From Sandaracinaceae bacterium (GTDB lineage Bacteria > Myxococcota_A > Polyangia > Polyangiales > Sandaracinaceae): a DNA stretch of 20,800 bases. Below are positions 7,962-16,756 of this stretch, in pieces. The position numbers and the translations under genes are program-made. The notes beneath the pieces are model-generated. The model saw only the letters and a program-made list of their open reading frames with translations, was not told where the DNA came from and ran no database searches. The DNA is taken from contig JBGAQA010000109.1 of assembly GCA_044220955.1 (NCBI GenBank), positions 1-20,800 on the forward strand, written 5' to 3'. Within the stretch, counting starts at the first letter, position 1, and the number at the start of each line of letters is the position of its first letter.

Positions 7962-8273
7962 TCAGTCCGGCTGGCAGGCCATCACGTAGTCGGCCCCCGC
8001 GACGGAGCGGCAGCTGGTGCCGGTGGCCGTGCAGTCCACGTTCGATGCGCACGTCTCTCGGCACACCGACGTGTCCCAGTGTGGGCTCTGGCCGTTGCCC
8101 GACTGGGTCGAGCGATCGGGCGCGCAGACGAAGCCGGCGGCGCACTGACCGATGGCGTTGGGGTCCTCGAGGCCGGGCGCCGAACATGCCTCGCCCGCAG
8201 CTCCGTGGCGAGCGCAGCCGGCCGAGAGCCCGGTGAGCGAGGCGAACGCGAACACGATGGCGAGCGAGCGCAT
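7962..8273 (-). CDS. Small Cys-rich lipoprotein
   Basis: Hydrophobic signal with lipobox SAG-C and 8 further Cys; it lies just upstream of tetR on the same strand. Confidence 0.75.
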   Translation of the reverse strand: MRSLAIVFAFASLTGLSAGCARHGAAGEACSAPGLEDPNAIGQCAAGFVCAPDRSTQSGNGQSPHWDTSVCRETCASNVDCTATGTSCRSVAGADYVMACQPD

Positions 8274-8466
8274 GGGAGCACCTATCGGCAGCGGGGAGTT
8301 TCGAGCGCCGGACCGTACCGGCCCTGCGCAGGCGGTGCAAGACGCTTCACCGCCCCGCTCGGCGCGACCGCTCCGGGCGACGCCTGGCCCCGCCAGGGAG
8401 CACGATCCGGGTCGGAACGACGCCCGGAGACGTCGCCGGAGCCACCGCGGGTCGCGGGCGGCGAAG

Positions 8467-10860
8467 TCAGTCGGTCGCGCAGTTCGCGACGTAGCCCAGG
8501 GCCAGGAGCTGCGCGCAGGTCTGCGCGTCGATCTGTGCGTCGCCGCCTCCGCCGAGCGCCCGCGGCGCCGTCTGGGTCGCGCTCCACCAGTGCCCGCGAT
8601 CGACCGCGCCGAGGTACTGCCCGAGCAGGATGCGGAGGTAGCGCTCGGCCACCGGCCAGTGCGTCATGTCGGTGACCTCGTTCCGCTCGTGCGGGTCCTC
8701 CTGCAGGTCGAACATCTTGGTGTTGTTGCCGTTGATGATCATCTTCCAGCGGCCCGCGCGGACGACGCGGCGGTCGTCCAGCATGTCGCTGAACGCGACC
8801 TGGTAGCCCTGCGGCACGGCGCCGCGGATGTCGGGCATCAGGCTCCGGCCCTCGGCGCGCGTCATGCCCTCGATGCCGGCCGCCTCGACCACCGTCTGCG
8901 GGATGAACATCGTGCTCACGGTCTGCGGGATGCGCCGGCCCTCCGGGACACGGCCCGGCCGGTAGAAGAGGAGCGGCACGTTGAGCAGCTCCTGGTAGAC
9001 GCTGTGGCCGTGGCCCCAGGACCCGTGGTCCTGGAATTCCTCGCCGTGGTCCGCGGTGATCACGAAGAGCGTGTCGTCCGCGACGCCGAGCGACTCGAGG
9101 CGCGCGATGAACTCCCCCATCCAGTGATCGTGGTAGGTGATGTCGCCGTCGTGGAGCGCGGTCAGGCGCGTGACGTCGCTCGGCGTGAACGTGACCTGGG
9201 GCGGGCTGCGCTTGGCGCGCTCGAGCAGATCCGCGGTCATGCGCGGCTGGACCTGGCCCGTGTAGTCGGTGCGCGGATCGTAGAGGCGCAGGTACTCCTG
9301 CGGCGGATCGTAGGGCACGTGCGGATCGATCGTCTGCACGTAGACGAAGAAGCGCTCGCTCCGGTGCTGCTCGACGAAGTCGCCCGCGGCGCGATACACG
9401 TCCTCGGCGTGCGTGCTCCGCTCCTCGCGGATGAAATTCGTGTAGTAGTCCCAGCCCTGATCGAAGCCGAAGCGATCGGACACGTAGCCGTTGGCGATGA
9501 AGCTGCCGGTCGCGAAGCCGGCGGCGTCGAACGCCTCGCTGACCATCTCGGCGCCGTCGGGGAGGCGCGCCGCGTCGGTCTTGCACCCGTGCGTGGCGGG
9601 CGTGAGACCCGTGAGCACGGACGCCACGGAGGGCTTGGTCCAGTTCTCCTCCGACTGCGCCCGCATGAAGAGCGTGCCGTGCTCGGCGAGTCGATCGAAG
9701 ACGGGCGTCTGCACGCGCGAGTTGGGGTCGTACGCGCGCAGCTTCGAGGCGCGCAGCGTGTCGATGAGGATGACGACGACGTTTCGAACGGGCTCGCCGG
9801 CCTCCGCGACCTCGGGTGGATCGACCATGATGGCGGGCATCGCCCACCCGACGCGGCCGTCGGCGGCGCCGTCCACGCGCAGCTCGAGGCGGACGACCTG
9901 GCCAGCATAGGCCGCGAGGTCGATCGACTGATCGCTCCAGAGCGACGCCACGGGGCCGGTCCAGATCTCGCTCGTCTCCGCGCCTTCGGGGGTGATGCTC
10001 ACGTGCGCCGTGGCCGTCGCGCCCGCGCCTGTCCCCTCGCCGCCGACGCCGAACACGAAGTGAGCGTGCTCGGGGACGTCGACGTAGTAGCTGACCGTCG
10101 TCGGTGCGCGCACCGCGATCGCGCGACGGGTCGTCCCCGCGAGCTCCATCTGCGCGACGAGCGTGTCGTAGTCGGGCGCGACGAAGTGCTCGTCGGCCGC
10201 GGGCGTTCCCGGCAGCACGCGGATCGAGCTCAGCGCGACGGAAACGTTGGCGCCGTCGACCGGGGTCGTCCCACCGAAGCGGAGCAAGAGCGCGTTCTCG
10301 CCGCGGCGGACCATGGCCGCGGGCACCGCGACGTCGTAGTCGCGGAACTCCGCGGCGTCCGAGAGCTCCACGCCGGCGTCGAGCGAGCGGTTGTTGACGA
10401 AGACCTGGAGGCGACGCGTCCCGACGGCGCGCATGCGCAGTCGCAGCGTGAGCGCGCTCGGCTCGCCCGTGAGCGTGAAGTACACGCGCCCGGTCTCGCT
10501 GGCGTACGTGTACGTCTCGTCGCCGTCGACGCCGTCGGCGCCCCACCCGCTGCGCCACGCGCCCATCGTGTACTTCGGACGCGCGGGGGTGCCGAAGTCC
10601 ATGTAGAGCCCGCCGTGGTCGACGTCCGCGAGGTGGACCAGGTCGATCATCTCGAGCTGCATCCGGAGCCCGGCCGCCGCCGCCGGACGCTCCCCCGTGC
10701 CTCCCCGGGGCCCCTCGCCGTCGGCGCCGGCGCCGGTTCCGGCGCCCGTCCCCGACCCGCTGCCCGAGCCCGCGCCATCATCCGCGCCGCCCCCGCACGC
10801 CACGAAGCAGAGCCCGACGATCGCCGCGATCGTCGCGAGAAAAAACGAGCGTGTACGCAT
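8467..10860 (-). CDS. Sulfatase-like (alkaline phosphatase superfamily) lipoprotein
   Basis: Lipobox FVA-C; NVVVILIDTLRA, WTKPSVASVLTG, DPHVPYDPP, DTLFVITADHGEEF, HGHSVYQELLNVPL, C-terminal LLALGY. GGGAG RBS 6 nt before ATG 10860. Confidence 0.9.
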   Translation of the reverse strand: MRTRSFFLATIAAIVGLCFVACGGGADDGAGSGSGSGTGAGTGAGADGEGPRGGTGERPAAAAGLRMQLEMIDLVHLADVDHGGLYMDFGTPARPKYTMGAWRSGWGADGVDGDETYTYASETGRVYFTLTGEPSALTLRLRMRAVGTRRLQVFVNNRSLDAGVELSDAAEFRDYDVAVPAAMVRRGENALLLRFGGTTPVDGANVSVALSSIRVLPGTPAADEHFVAPDYDTLVAQMELAGTTRRAIAVRAPTTVSYYVDVPEHAHFVFGVGGEGTGAGATATAHVSITPEGAETSEIWTGPVASLWSDQSIDLAAYAGQVVRLELRVDGAADGRVGWAMPAIMVDPPEVAEAGEPVRNVVVILIDTLRASKLRAYDPNSRVQTPVFDRLAEHGTLFMRAQSEENWTKPSVASVLTGLTPATHGCKTDAARLPDGAEMVSEAFDAAGFATGSFIANGYVSDRFGFDQGWDYYTNFIREERSTHAEDVYRAAGDFVEQHRSERFFVYVQTIDPHVPYDPPQEYLRLYDPRTDYTGQVQPRMTADLLERAKRSPPQVTFTPSDVTRLTALHDGDITYHDHWMGEFIARLESLGVADDTLFVITADHGEEFQDHGSWGHGHSVYQELLNVPLLFYRPGRVPEGRRIPQTVSTMFIPQTVVEAAGIEGMTRAEGRSLMPDIRGAVPQGYQVAFSDMLDDRRVVRAGRWKMIINGNNTKMFDLQEDPHERNEVTDMTHWPVAERYLRILLGQYLGAVDRGHWWSATQTAPRALGGGGDAQIDAQTCAQLLALGYVANCATD

Positions 10861-10998
10861 GCTTGACTCCCACACACCCGCAAGGCTCGTCCGAGCTCTC
10901 GCCCGAGCGCACGGAAAGCGCGTACAGGTACGGTCGCGTTAGCACGCGCCCGATCGGACGGTCAAACTTCGAGCGGGCGACGGGATGTTCCCGGCGCG

Positions 10999-13900
10999 CT
11001 ACGGGGCGGGGACGTAGCGTGTGTGGCCGGCCGTCACCCGGGCGAACCGGAAGGACGTGCCGTCGCCACGGACGAAGGCGAGGTCGTGAATGGCCTCGGG
11101 CAGCGCGATCGCCACCGGCGCCTGGTCGAGGCGGCGCGTGACGTCCTGGCCGATGCGCACCTGCATCGGCTCGTCACCCGGCTCGAGCACGAGCAGCCCC
11201 TCTCCCGCGGCGACGGTGACGCCGAAGCCGGCGGCGATGCCGTCCTCGTCGCGGCCGTACCCGCTGAAGGCGCTCGAGGCGGGCGGGGCGCCCCCGCCCG
11301 GGTCGGACGCCCGCGCGGCGTCGACTCCGTCGGCGGCGGCACTCACCCCTGCGTCCGCGACGGCGAGGGTGCTCACCACGATGGTCGTCGGTGGCGCGGG
11401 CGCCTGCGCGGGGTGGGTGAGGCGCCACCCCGCGAACCCGAGCGCCGCGAGCGCCGCGAGGATGAACGTCCACTGGAAGCTCGAGAGGCCCGCGGCCGGC
11501 TCGGGCGCCGGCGCTGGCTTCGACGAGACCGGGGCCGCCGGGGCGGCGGGTCGCGCCGATCGCCTCGGCTCGGTCTTGTCGCGCTTGGCCTTGCCCGCAG
11601 GCGTGCTCGCGGGCTTGCTCGGGCTCGTCCGCGGGGGCTCGGACGGAGCCGCGCTCTGGGTCTGGGTCTTGCTCTCGCTCTGGGTCTGGGTCTTGCTCTC
11701 GCTCTCGCTCTCGCTCTCGCTCTCGCTCTCGCTCTCGCTCTCGCTCTCGCTCTCGCTCTCGCTCTCGCTCTCGCTCCCGAGCGGCGTCTCCTCCGACACG
11801 GGGGCTTCCGGCGGCAGCTCGCGCGGCGGCGCCTTGCTGGTCCGCACGGTCAGCGTGACGGGCTTCGGGGGAACCTCGAGGCCCTCACCCGCCGTCTTGC
11901 CCGCGATGTCGTCGAGGGTGTCGAGCTCGTCCTCGCCCGAGGGGTCGCTGTCGCGGCGGATCTCGACCACCGGCGGCTCGTCCGGCCCCGACGCCGGGGT
12001 GGCCGGATCTTCCCCGGCCTGCCGGAGCGTCTCGCGGACGATGTTGCCGGTCTGCTCTTCGTTCTTGGCCCAGCTCAGATCGAGCCCCGCCTCGCTCGGG
12101 GTCAGGCTCTGCAGGGCCGAGGGCTCGTGGACGCGCGGCGGCAGCAGGCTCGGACTGCGAACCGGGAGCGCGGTCTCGCCACGCTCGCGGCGCGCGGCGA
12201 CGATGCGATCGTCGTTGCTGTCGCCCAGGACGGCCGAGATCGCACCCTGCCGCGCCAGGTCGACGAGCACACGCTCGAGATCCTGGGGCGCGAACGTGCC
12301 GTCGACGACGAGCGAGCGTGGGCCGCGACCGTGGCGCAGCGCGTCCACGACCGCCGCGACCGTCGGCGGAGCAGCGCGCAGGATCGAGGCGAGCACGTCC
12401 TCGTCGAACTCGACGCGGTGCGCGAGCAAGAGCCCGCGGCCGGACACCGCATCGACCAAGCCGCCGAGCTCGTTCGCGGCGCGCGAGAGCAGCGTCTCCA
12501 GCGGCTCGCGCACGCTCGCGCGCACGTGCGTGTCGCTGTCCACGACGGTGAAGCGGCCCTCGGTGGCTCCGAGCAGCGCGATCACGACGCGCGGGCCGCG
12601 CGAGAACGACCCGTCGCTCGCAGTCCGCGTGATGTCCACGATGGCGCCGTGCGGCTCGTCGGGACGCTTCCGCAGCTCGACCTCGAAGAGGTTCCAGGCG
12701 TCTCGAACGATGATGCGCGCGTCGGGCCGCTGCTGGGCCGTCGTGGTCACGAGGGGCAGGATGCCGATCCGCTCGAGGCGTCCGCGCACGTCGCCGCCTG
12801 CCCGCAGGCGCTGCTCGAGGCGCGCGCGCGGACGGAGCACCTCGCGCACGGCGCCCAGGATCTGCGAGGCGCCGGCTTCCTTCCGCAGGTAGCCGCTGGC
12901 CCCCGCCGAGAGCTCGCGCATGCGCTGCAGGAAGTCCTCCTTCCACGAGAGCAGCACGACCGGCACGTCGGAGAGGACGGGATCGCGCTTGAGCTCGCGC
13001 GTCAGCGAGAACCCGTCGAGTCGGGGCATCAGGATGTCGGCGATGATGACGTCGGGACGCGAGCGGCGCGCGGCGGCGAGCGCCTCCTCTCCGTCGTGCG
13101 CCTCGGTGGGGATGGCGCCCGCCTCCTGGAGCAGGTTCGAGAAGAACCACACGACCGCAGGGTCGTCGTCGGCGATCAGGATCCGCCGATCCCGGAGGCT
13201 GACCTCCGCGCCCCCGTCGGTGGCCGCCTCGTCGTCGACCAGCGCCAGCGTGGCGGCCGCGCCCTCGCGCTCGCGGAAGTGAAGGCGCCCGCCGCTCCGG
13301 CTCGCGAGGTGCGCGCGAAGGCGACCGATCGCGCTCCAGGTCGCCGCGAGCACCTCGGTACCGTCCCCGATCGGGACGGAGAGATCGCGCCCGCGATCGA
13401 GCGAGTCGACCAGCCCCCGCCGGATCTCCTCGGCGATCTTCGCCGCGAGCTCGGCGACGGTGAGGTCGCCCGAGAGCGCGCTCGTCGAGACGCTCCCGTC
13501 CACGCCGGCCAGGCGCAGCACGCTGCGCTCGAGCGACTCGGTCGCGAGCGGCCTCGCGAGCACGTCCTCGCAGCCCAGCTCGCGCGCCGCGACCGCGTCG
13601 AGCTCCTCGCCCTCGGGCACCAGCGCGACGATCGGCACGAAGTCGGTCAGCGGGTCCTCCCGCAGGCGCCGGACGAAGTCGGAACCGCGCGCGAGCACGC
13701 CGCGATCGACGAGCACGACGTCGGGGGCGCTCGAGCGCGACAGGCGCAGGGCCTCCTCGGGGTCGGCCGCGCCGAGCACCTCGAAGCGCTCGCCAGCGAG
13801 GAGCGCCCGCACGCGCGCCTGCACCTCGGCGCCATCGCAGACCAGCACGCTGACGACGGGCGCGCCACGCAGGCTGGGCGGGGCCGGCACCGAGGCGCGC

Positions 13901-14490
13901 GTCTCGATGGAGCGCGCGAGCTCCTCCTTGAGACGGCCGCGCTCGCTCGCCCGCGCGGGCGGCGCGGTGGGCGGAGGCGGAGGCGGAGGCGGAGGCGGAG
14001 GCGGAGGCGGAGGCTTGCTCAGCGTCGGGGGCGGGACGGCGACCCGCGGGGGTGGCGCCGCCGCGGCGATGCCCTTCAGCGTGTTGCCCTTCAGCCCCGT
14101 CGACTGAGGGACGGCCGCCGCGCGCGGAATCGACACGGACTCGGCGTCGTACGTGGGGGCGTCCGCGCCCAGGACCGGAAGCGTGGCTGCGAGCAGAGCG
14201 AGGAGATCGAGGTCGCCGCCGAGAAGCCCGCGCTTCTCGTCTCGGGCGAGGTCGAGCTTCCCGATCGCCTCCTTGAGCGCGGCCGCCAGGCGCTCGAGCT
14301 GGAACACCTGCGCCGAGGCGTAGAGCGCGTGCAGGCGCCGGCGCAGCTCCTCGCGTGGCTTCTCCTCGCCGGGCGTGCCGGCGAGGAGCGCGACCGAGCC
14401 CTTCAGCTCCTGCGCCTTGCGCGGCAGTCCTTCGACGAACCTCGCCCGGGCGACCCCGAGCGGTGTCGGTCGTGAGCTATCGGTGCTCAT
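10999..14490 (-). CDS. Membrane-anchored multidomain response regulator: Hpt-like, atypical REC, canonical REC, DUF4388-like, low-complexity linker, TM, periplasmic tail
   Basis: EELRRRLHALYASAQVF (Hpt-like); PDVVLVD (REC1); RILIADDD...PDVIIADILMPRLDG...GYLRK (REC2); TM FQWTFILAALAALGFAGW. Confidence 0.85.
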   Translation of the reverse strand: MSTDSSRPTPLGVARARFVEGLPRKAQELKGSVALLAGTPGEEKPREELRRRLHALYASAQVFQLERLAAALKEAIGKLDLARDEKRGLLGGDLDLLALLAATLPVLGADAPTYDAESVSIPRAAAVPQSTGLKGNTLKGIAAAAPPPRVAVPPPTLSKPPPPPPPPPPPPPPPTAPPARASERGRLKEELARSIETRASVPAPPSLRGAPVVSVLVCDGAEVQARVRALLAGERFEVLGAADPEEALRLSRSSAPDVVLVDRGVLARGSDFVRRLREDPLTDFVPIVALVPEGEELDAVAARELGCEDVLARPLATESLERSVLRLAGVDGSVSTSALSGDLTVAELAAKIAEEIRRGLVDSLDRGRDLSVPIGDGTEVLAATWSAIGRLRAHLASRSGGRLHFREREGAAATLALVDDEAATDGGAEVSLRDRRILIADDDPAVVWFFSNLLQEAGAIPTEAHDGEEALAAARRSRPDVIIADILMPRLDGFSLTRELKRDPVLSDVPVVLLSWKEDFLQRMRELSAGASGYLRKEAGASQILGAVREVLRPRARLEQRLRAGGDVRGRLERIGILPLVTTTAQQRPDARIIVRDAWNLFEVELRKRPDEPHGAIVDITRTASDGSFSRGPRVVIALLGATEGRFTVVDSDTHVRASVREPLETLLSRAANELGGLVDAVSGRGLLLAHRVEFDEDVLASILRAAPPTVAAVVDALRHGRGPRSLVVDGTFAPQDLERVLVDLARQGAISAVLGDSNDDRIVAARRERGETALPVRSPSLLPPRVHEPSALQSLTPSEAGLDLSWAKNEEQTGNIVRETLRQAGEDPATPASGPDEPPVVEIRRDSDPSGEDELDTLDDIAGKTAGEGLEVPPKPVTLTVRTSKAPPRELPPEAPVSEETPLGSESESESESESESESESESESESESESKTQTQSESKTQTQSAAPSEPPRTSPSKPASTPAGKAKRDKTEPRRSARPAAPAAPVSSKPAPAPEPAAGLSSFQWTFILAALAALGFAGWRLTHPAQAPAPPTTIVVSTLAVADAGVSAAADGVDAARASDPGGGAPPASSAFSGYGRDEDGIAAGFGVTVAAGEGLLVLEPGDEPMQVRIGQDVTRRLDQAPVAIALPEAIHDLAFVRGDGTSFRFARVTAGHTRYVPAP
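11695..11772. repeat. Perfect (GCTCTC)13 microsatellite encoding (Ser-Glu)n
   Basis: 13 exact hexamer copies, next to a duplicated unit encoding SKTQTQS. Confidence 0.95.
13970..14014. repeat. (GGCGGA)7+GGC repeat encoding a 15-Pro tract
   Basis: Counted directly; in frame in the minus-strand regulator. Confidence 0.95.
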
Positions 14491-14505
14491 CGCGCGCGCA
14501 TCGTA
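14491..14505 (-). promoter_or_regulatory. -10-like hexamer very close to the start codon
   Basis: The minus strand reads TACGAT (14505-14500), then 9 nt, then ATG 14490; no SD sequence. Confidence 0.4.
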
Positions 14506-14577
14506 GCCGATGCCTCACCCCTGCGCGAAAGCATTGCGGTTCACGCCGGCCCGGCCGATCCCGTACGGGGCCCGCGA

Positions 14578-14605
14578 GCCTCGGGATGGAGTGGGATCCC
14601 GAGGC
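14578..14605. repeat. Intergenic inverted repeat (hairpin)
   Basis: GCCTCGGGAT / ATCCCGAGGC, 10-bp perfect stem with an 8-nt loop. Confidence 0.6.
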
Positions 14606-14734
14606 GCGAGCGCCTCCTCGAGAAACCAGAGGCTGTCCCGGAATCGACGACGGCCTCGGGCACGATCCGGCGGCCGCGCGCGACGAGCGGTGTGCCTCGC
14701 GAGGAGCGAAGCGACGAGCCGGAGCGAGGGGTGA

Positions 14735-14760
14735 GACGCATCCGGCTCCGCCGGTGCGTC
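14735..14760 (-). terminator. Hairpin 20 nt downstream of the IgGFc-binding gene; possible terminator
   Basis: GACGCA-t-CCGGC / GCCGG-TGCGTC, 11 bp with one bulge; no U-tract. Confidence 0.35.
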
Positions 14761-14780
14761 GAGGCAGGGCCCCTGGAGAC

Positions 14781-16691
14781 TCAGAACGGGACGTTGATCC
14801 GCTGCAGGTCGAGACCGCCCGGGTACATGTAGCTCGTGTAGCTGCCGAACCCGTACACCACGATGCCGAAGGGCATCGCCGACGTCATCGAGTGCACGCC
14901 GCCGGTGATGGACACGTTGGTCACGCCGTATCCCGTGCCGCCGACGCCGCTGAAGCCGCCGACGGGCGCACCGTCGAGGAGCACGTCCGCGCCGGTCGGC
15001 GCCGAGACGGCCACGAAGCTGACCGCGTACGTCGTGGGCGCGAGGAACGTGTAGGACGTGCGGTACTGCTCGACGGGGGTCGCGAGAGAGAGCGAGGGGT
15101 CGCCGTTGCCGCCCATGCCCGAGGTGCCGATGCCGCCGTAGTCCTGCCCCACGAGGAACTGCGCGACGGTGAGCGAGTCGGTGCCGGTGACGCGGAAGCT
15201 CGACGAGGCCTCGAACTCGATGAACTCGCCGCGATCGAGCGTGGTGCCAGCGTGCGTGGACGCGGGGTCGAAGGCGATCGTGTTGGCGTCGTCACCCGAG
15301 ACGACGCGGATCACGTTCGGCTCGCCGCGGAGCGGCTGGCTCACCGCCACGAGCGCGTTGGTGCCCCAGGTCTCGAGCGGGAAGATGCCCTCCTCGAGGT
15401 GGTCGCACGCCCAGCGGTTGAAGGGGACGAACGCGCAGTTGTGACCGCTGAAGAGCTCGAGCTGACCGGTCGAGCGGATCTGCGTCCCGGTCAGATCGTA
15501 CGCCGCGCCGACGGTGCAGTAGTGGATGTCCACGTCGTAGATGCCCGTGCCGACGGCGACGCCGCTCTGGGTGTCCATGCCGCCGGCGTCCGCGCACGTC
15601 GCCGGCGCCCCCGAGGTGATCTGCAGGACGTCCCCGCGGCCGAGCGTGAACGTGCCGGTCTGCCCGGGCGAGAACGCGGACACCGCGCCGTCGACCGACG
15701 CGATCACGTGGCTCGTGAACGTGATCTCCACGCTGCTCGAGGTGCCGACGCCCACCAGGGTGAGGAATCCGGGGCTGGCCGACGTGAAGTCGCCGGCGAC
15801 CGTGCCCGTGAAGTAGTCGCGGTACACCTGACGGATCTGGTGCGTCGGCCGGCTCACCACGATGTAGTTGCCGGTCAGGGTGTGGGTGGGCAGCAAGAGC
15901 GACGCGTCGTTCGAGAACGAGTTCGTGGCGCCCAGCCCGCTGCCCGCCTGGTACTCGAGCGGGTTGAACTGGTAGACGGTGACCGGCAGCGTCGAGACGA
16001 CGTGGTAGGCGCCGTTGCGCTCCAGCACCGAGGCGATGATGCCGGTCGTCATGTCGCTCATCGGCTGCAGCGCCGCATCCCAGTCGAGCTGGATGGTCTC
16101 GAGCCCGCCGGCCGCCACGGTTCGGGTGGCGACGGTCGAGCCACCGCGATCGACCGTGACGGTCGCGTCGGCCGTGCCGGGGTTGGCCACGGCGATCGCG
16201 AAGTGGAACATCGTACGGTCGAGGCCGTTGTTGAGCGTCGGCACCGGCCAGTACTCGCAGCCGATGTAGGAGTTGTTCGCCTCGGCATCGGCGCACGGGC
16301 TGGTGCAGCGCCGGCCCGCGGCGCTGCAGACCTCGCCGGTCCCCGGGTCGCACGTCGCGATCACGTCGTACCCGCTGCCGTCGGGGCGGCACTGCTGCAC
16401 GTCGTTGCCTGAGCACGCGCCGGTCCCCGGCGAGCAGGTGCGGCAGCCCTGGTTCGGCACGCAGACGTTCGTCCCGCACTCGGTCGTCGCGCCCTCGCTC
16501 CCGTCGGGGTTGCAGGCGATGCTGCTCGCCCCGCGACAGACCGACGTCACTCCGGGAGCGCAAGCGCCGGGCCGCCCCGTATCCGGTCCCGCCGGGCCGG
16601 CGTCGCGCATCACCGTGGAGCGCGTCGTGGTGCAAGCGGCGGCGGACGAGAGGGCGATGATGGCGAGAGTCGAAGCGATGAGCGAGCGCAT
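14781..16691 (-). CDS. Lipoprotein with Cys-rich repeats and an IgGFc-binding-protein domain
   Basis: GGAGG 6 nt before ATG 16691; lipobox AAA-C; SYIGCEYWPV, SNDASLLLPTHTL, CDHLEE, GDPSLSLATPVEQYRTSYTF, PFGIVVYGFGSYTSYMYPGG. Confidence 0.85.
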   Translation of the reverse strand: MRSLIASTLAIIALSSAAACTTTRSTVMRDAGPAGPDTGRPGACAPGVTSVCRGASSIACNPDGSEGATTECGTNVCVPNQGCRTCSPGTGACSGNDVQQCRPDGSGYDVIATCDPGTGEVCSAAGRRCTSPCADAEANNSYIGCEYWPVPTLNNGLDRTMFHFAIAVANPGTADATVTVDRGGSTVATRTVAAGGLETIQLDWDAALQPMSDMTTGIIASVLERNGAYHVVSTLPVTVYQFNPLEYQAGSGLGATNSFSNDASLLLPTHTLTGNYIVVSRPTHQIRQVYRDYFTGTVAGDFTSASPGFLTLVGVGTSSSVEITFTSHVIASVDGAVSAFSPGQTGTFTLGRGDVLQITSGAPATCADAGGMDTQSGVAVGTGIYDVDIHYCTVGAAYDLTGTQIRSTGQLELFSGHNCAFVPFNRWACDHLEEGIFPLETWGTNALVAVSQPLRGEPNVIRVVSGDDANTIAFDPASTHAGTTLDRGEFIEFEASSSFRVTGTDSLTVAQFLVGQDYGGIGTSGMGGNGDPSLSLATPVEQYRTSYTFLAPTTYAVSFVAVSAPTGADVLLDGAPVGGFSGVGGTGYGVTNVSITGGVHSMTSAMPFGIVVYGFGSYTSYMYPGGLDLQRINVPF

Positions 16692-16756
16692 GAAGAGCCT
16701 CCGGGAAGCGGATCGGGTCATCGACCGGCCGCGTCGGCGCGGCGCTCCGGTCACGT

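Noticed and set aside
11023..14475. 1150-aa plus-strand ORF and other long antisense or alternate-frame ORFs (e.g. 8152-10866, 14355-16412, 855-2156, 18261-19790)
   Set aside because: These are shadow ORFs of real genes, caused by stop-codon scarcity at high GC. They are Arg/Gly/Ala-rich and carry no motifs.
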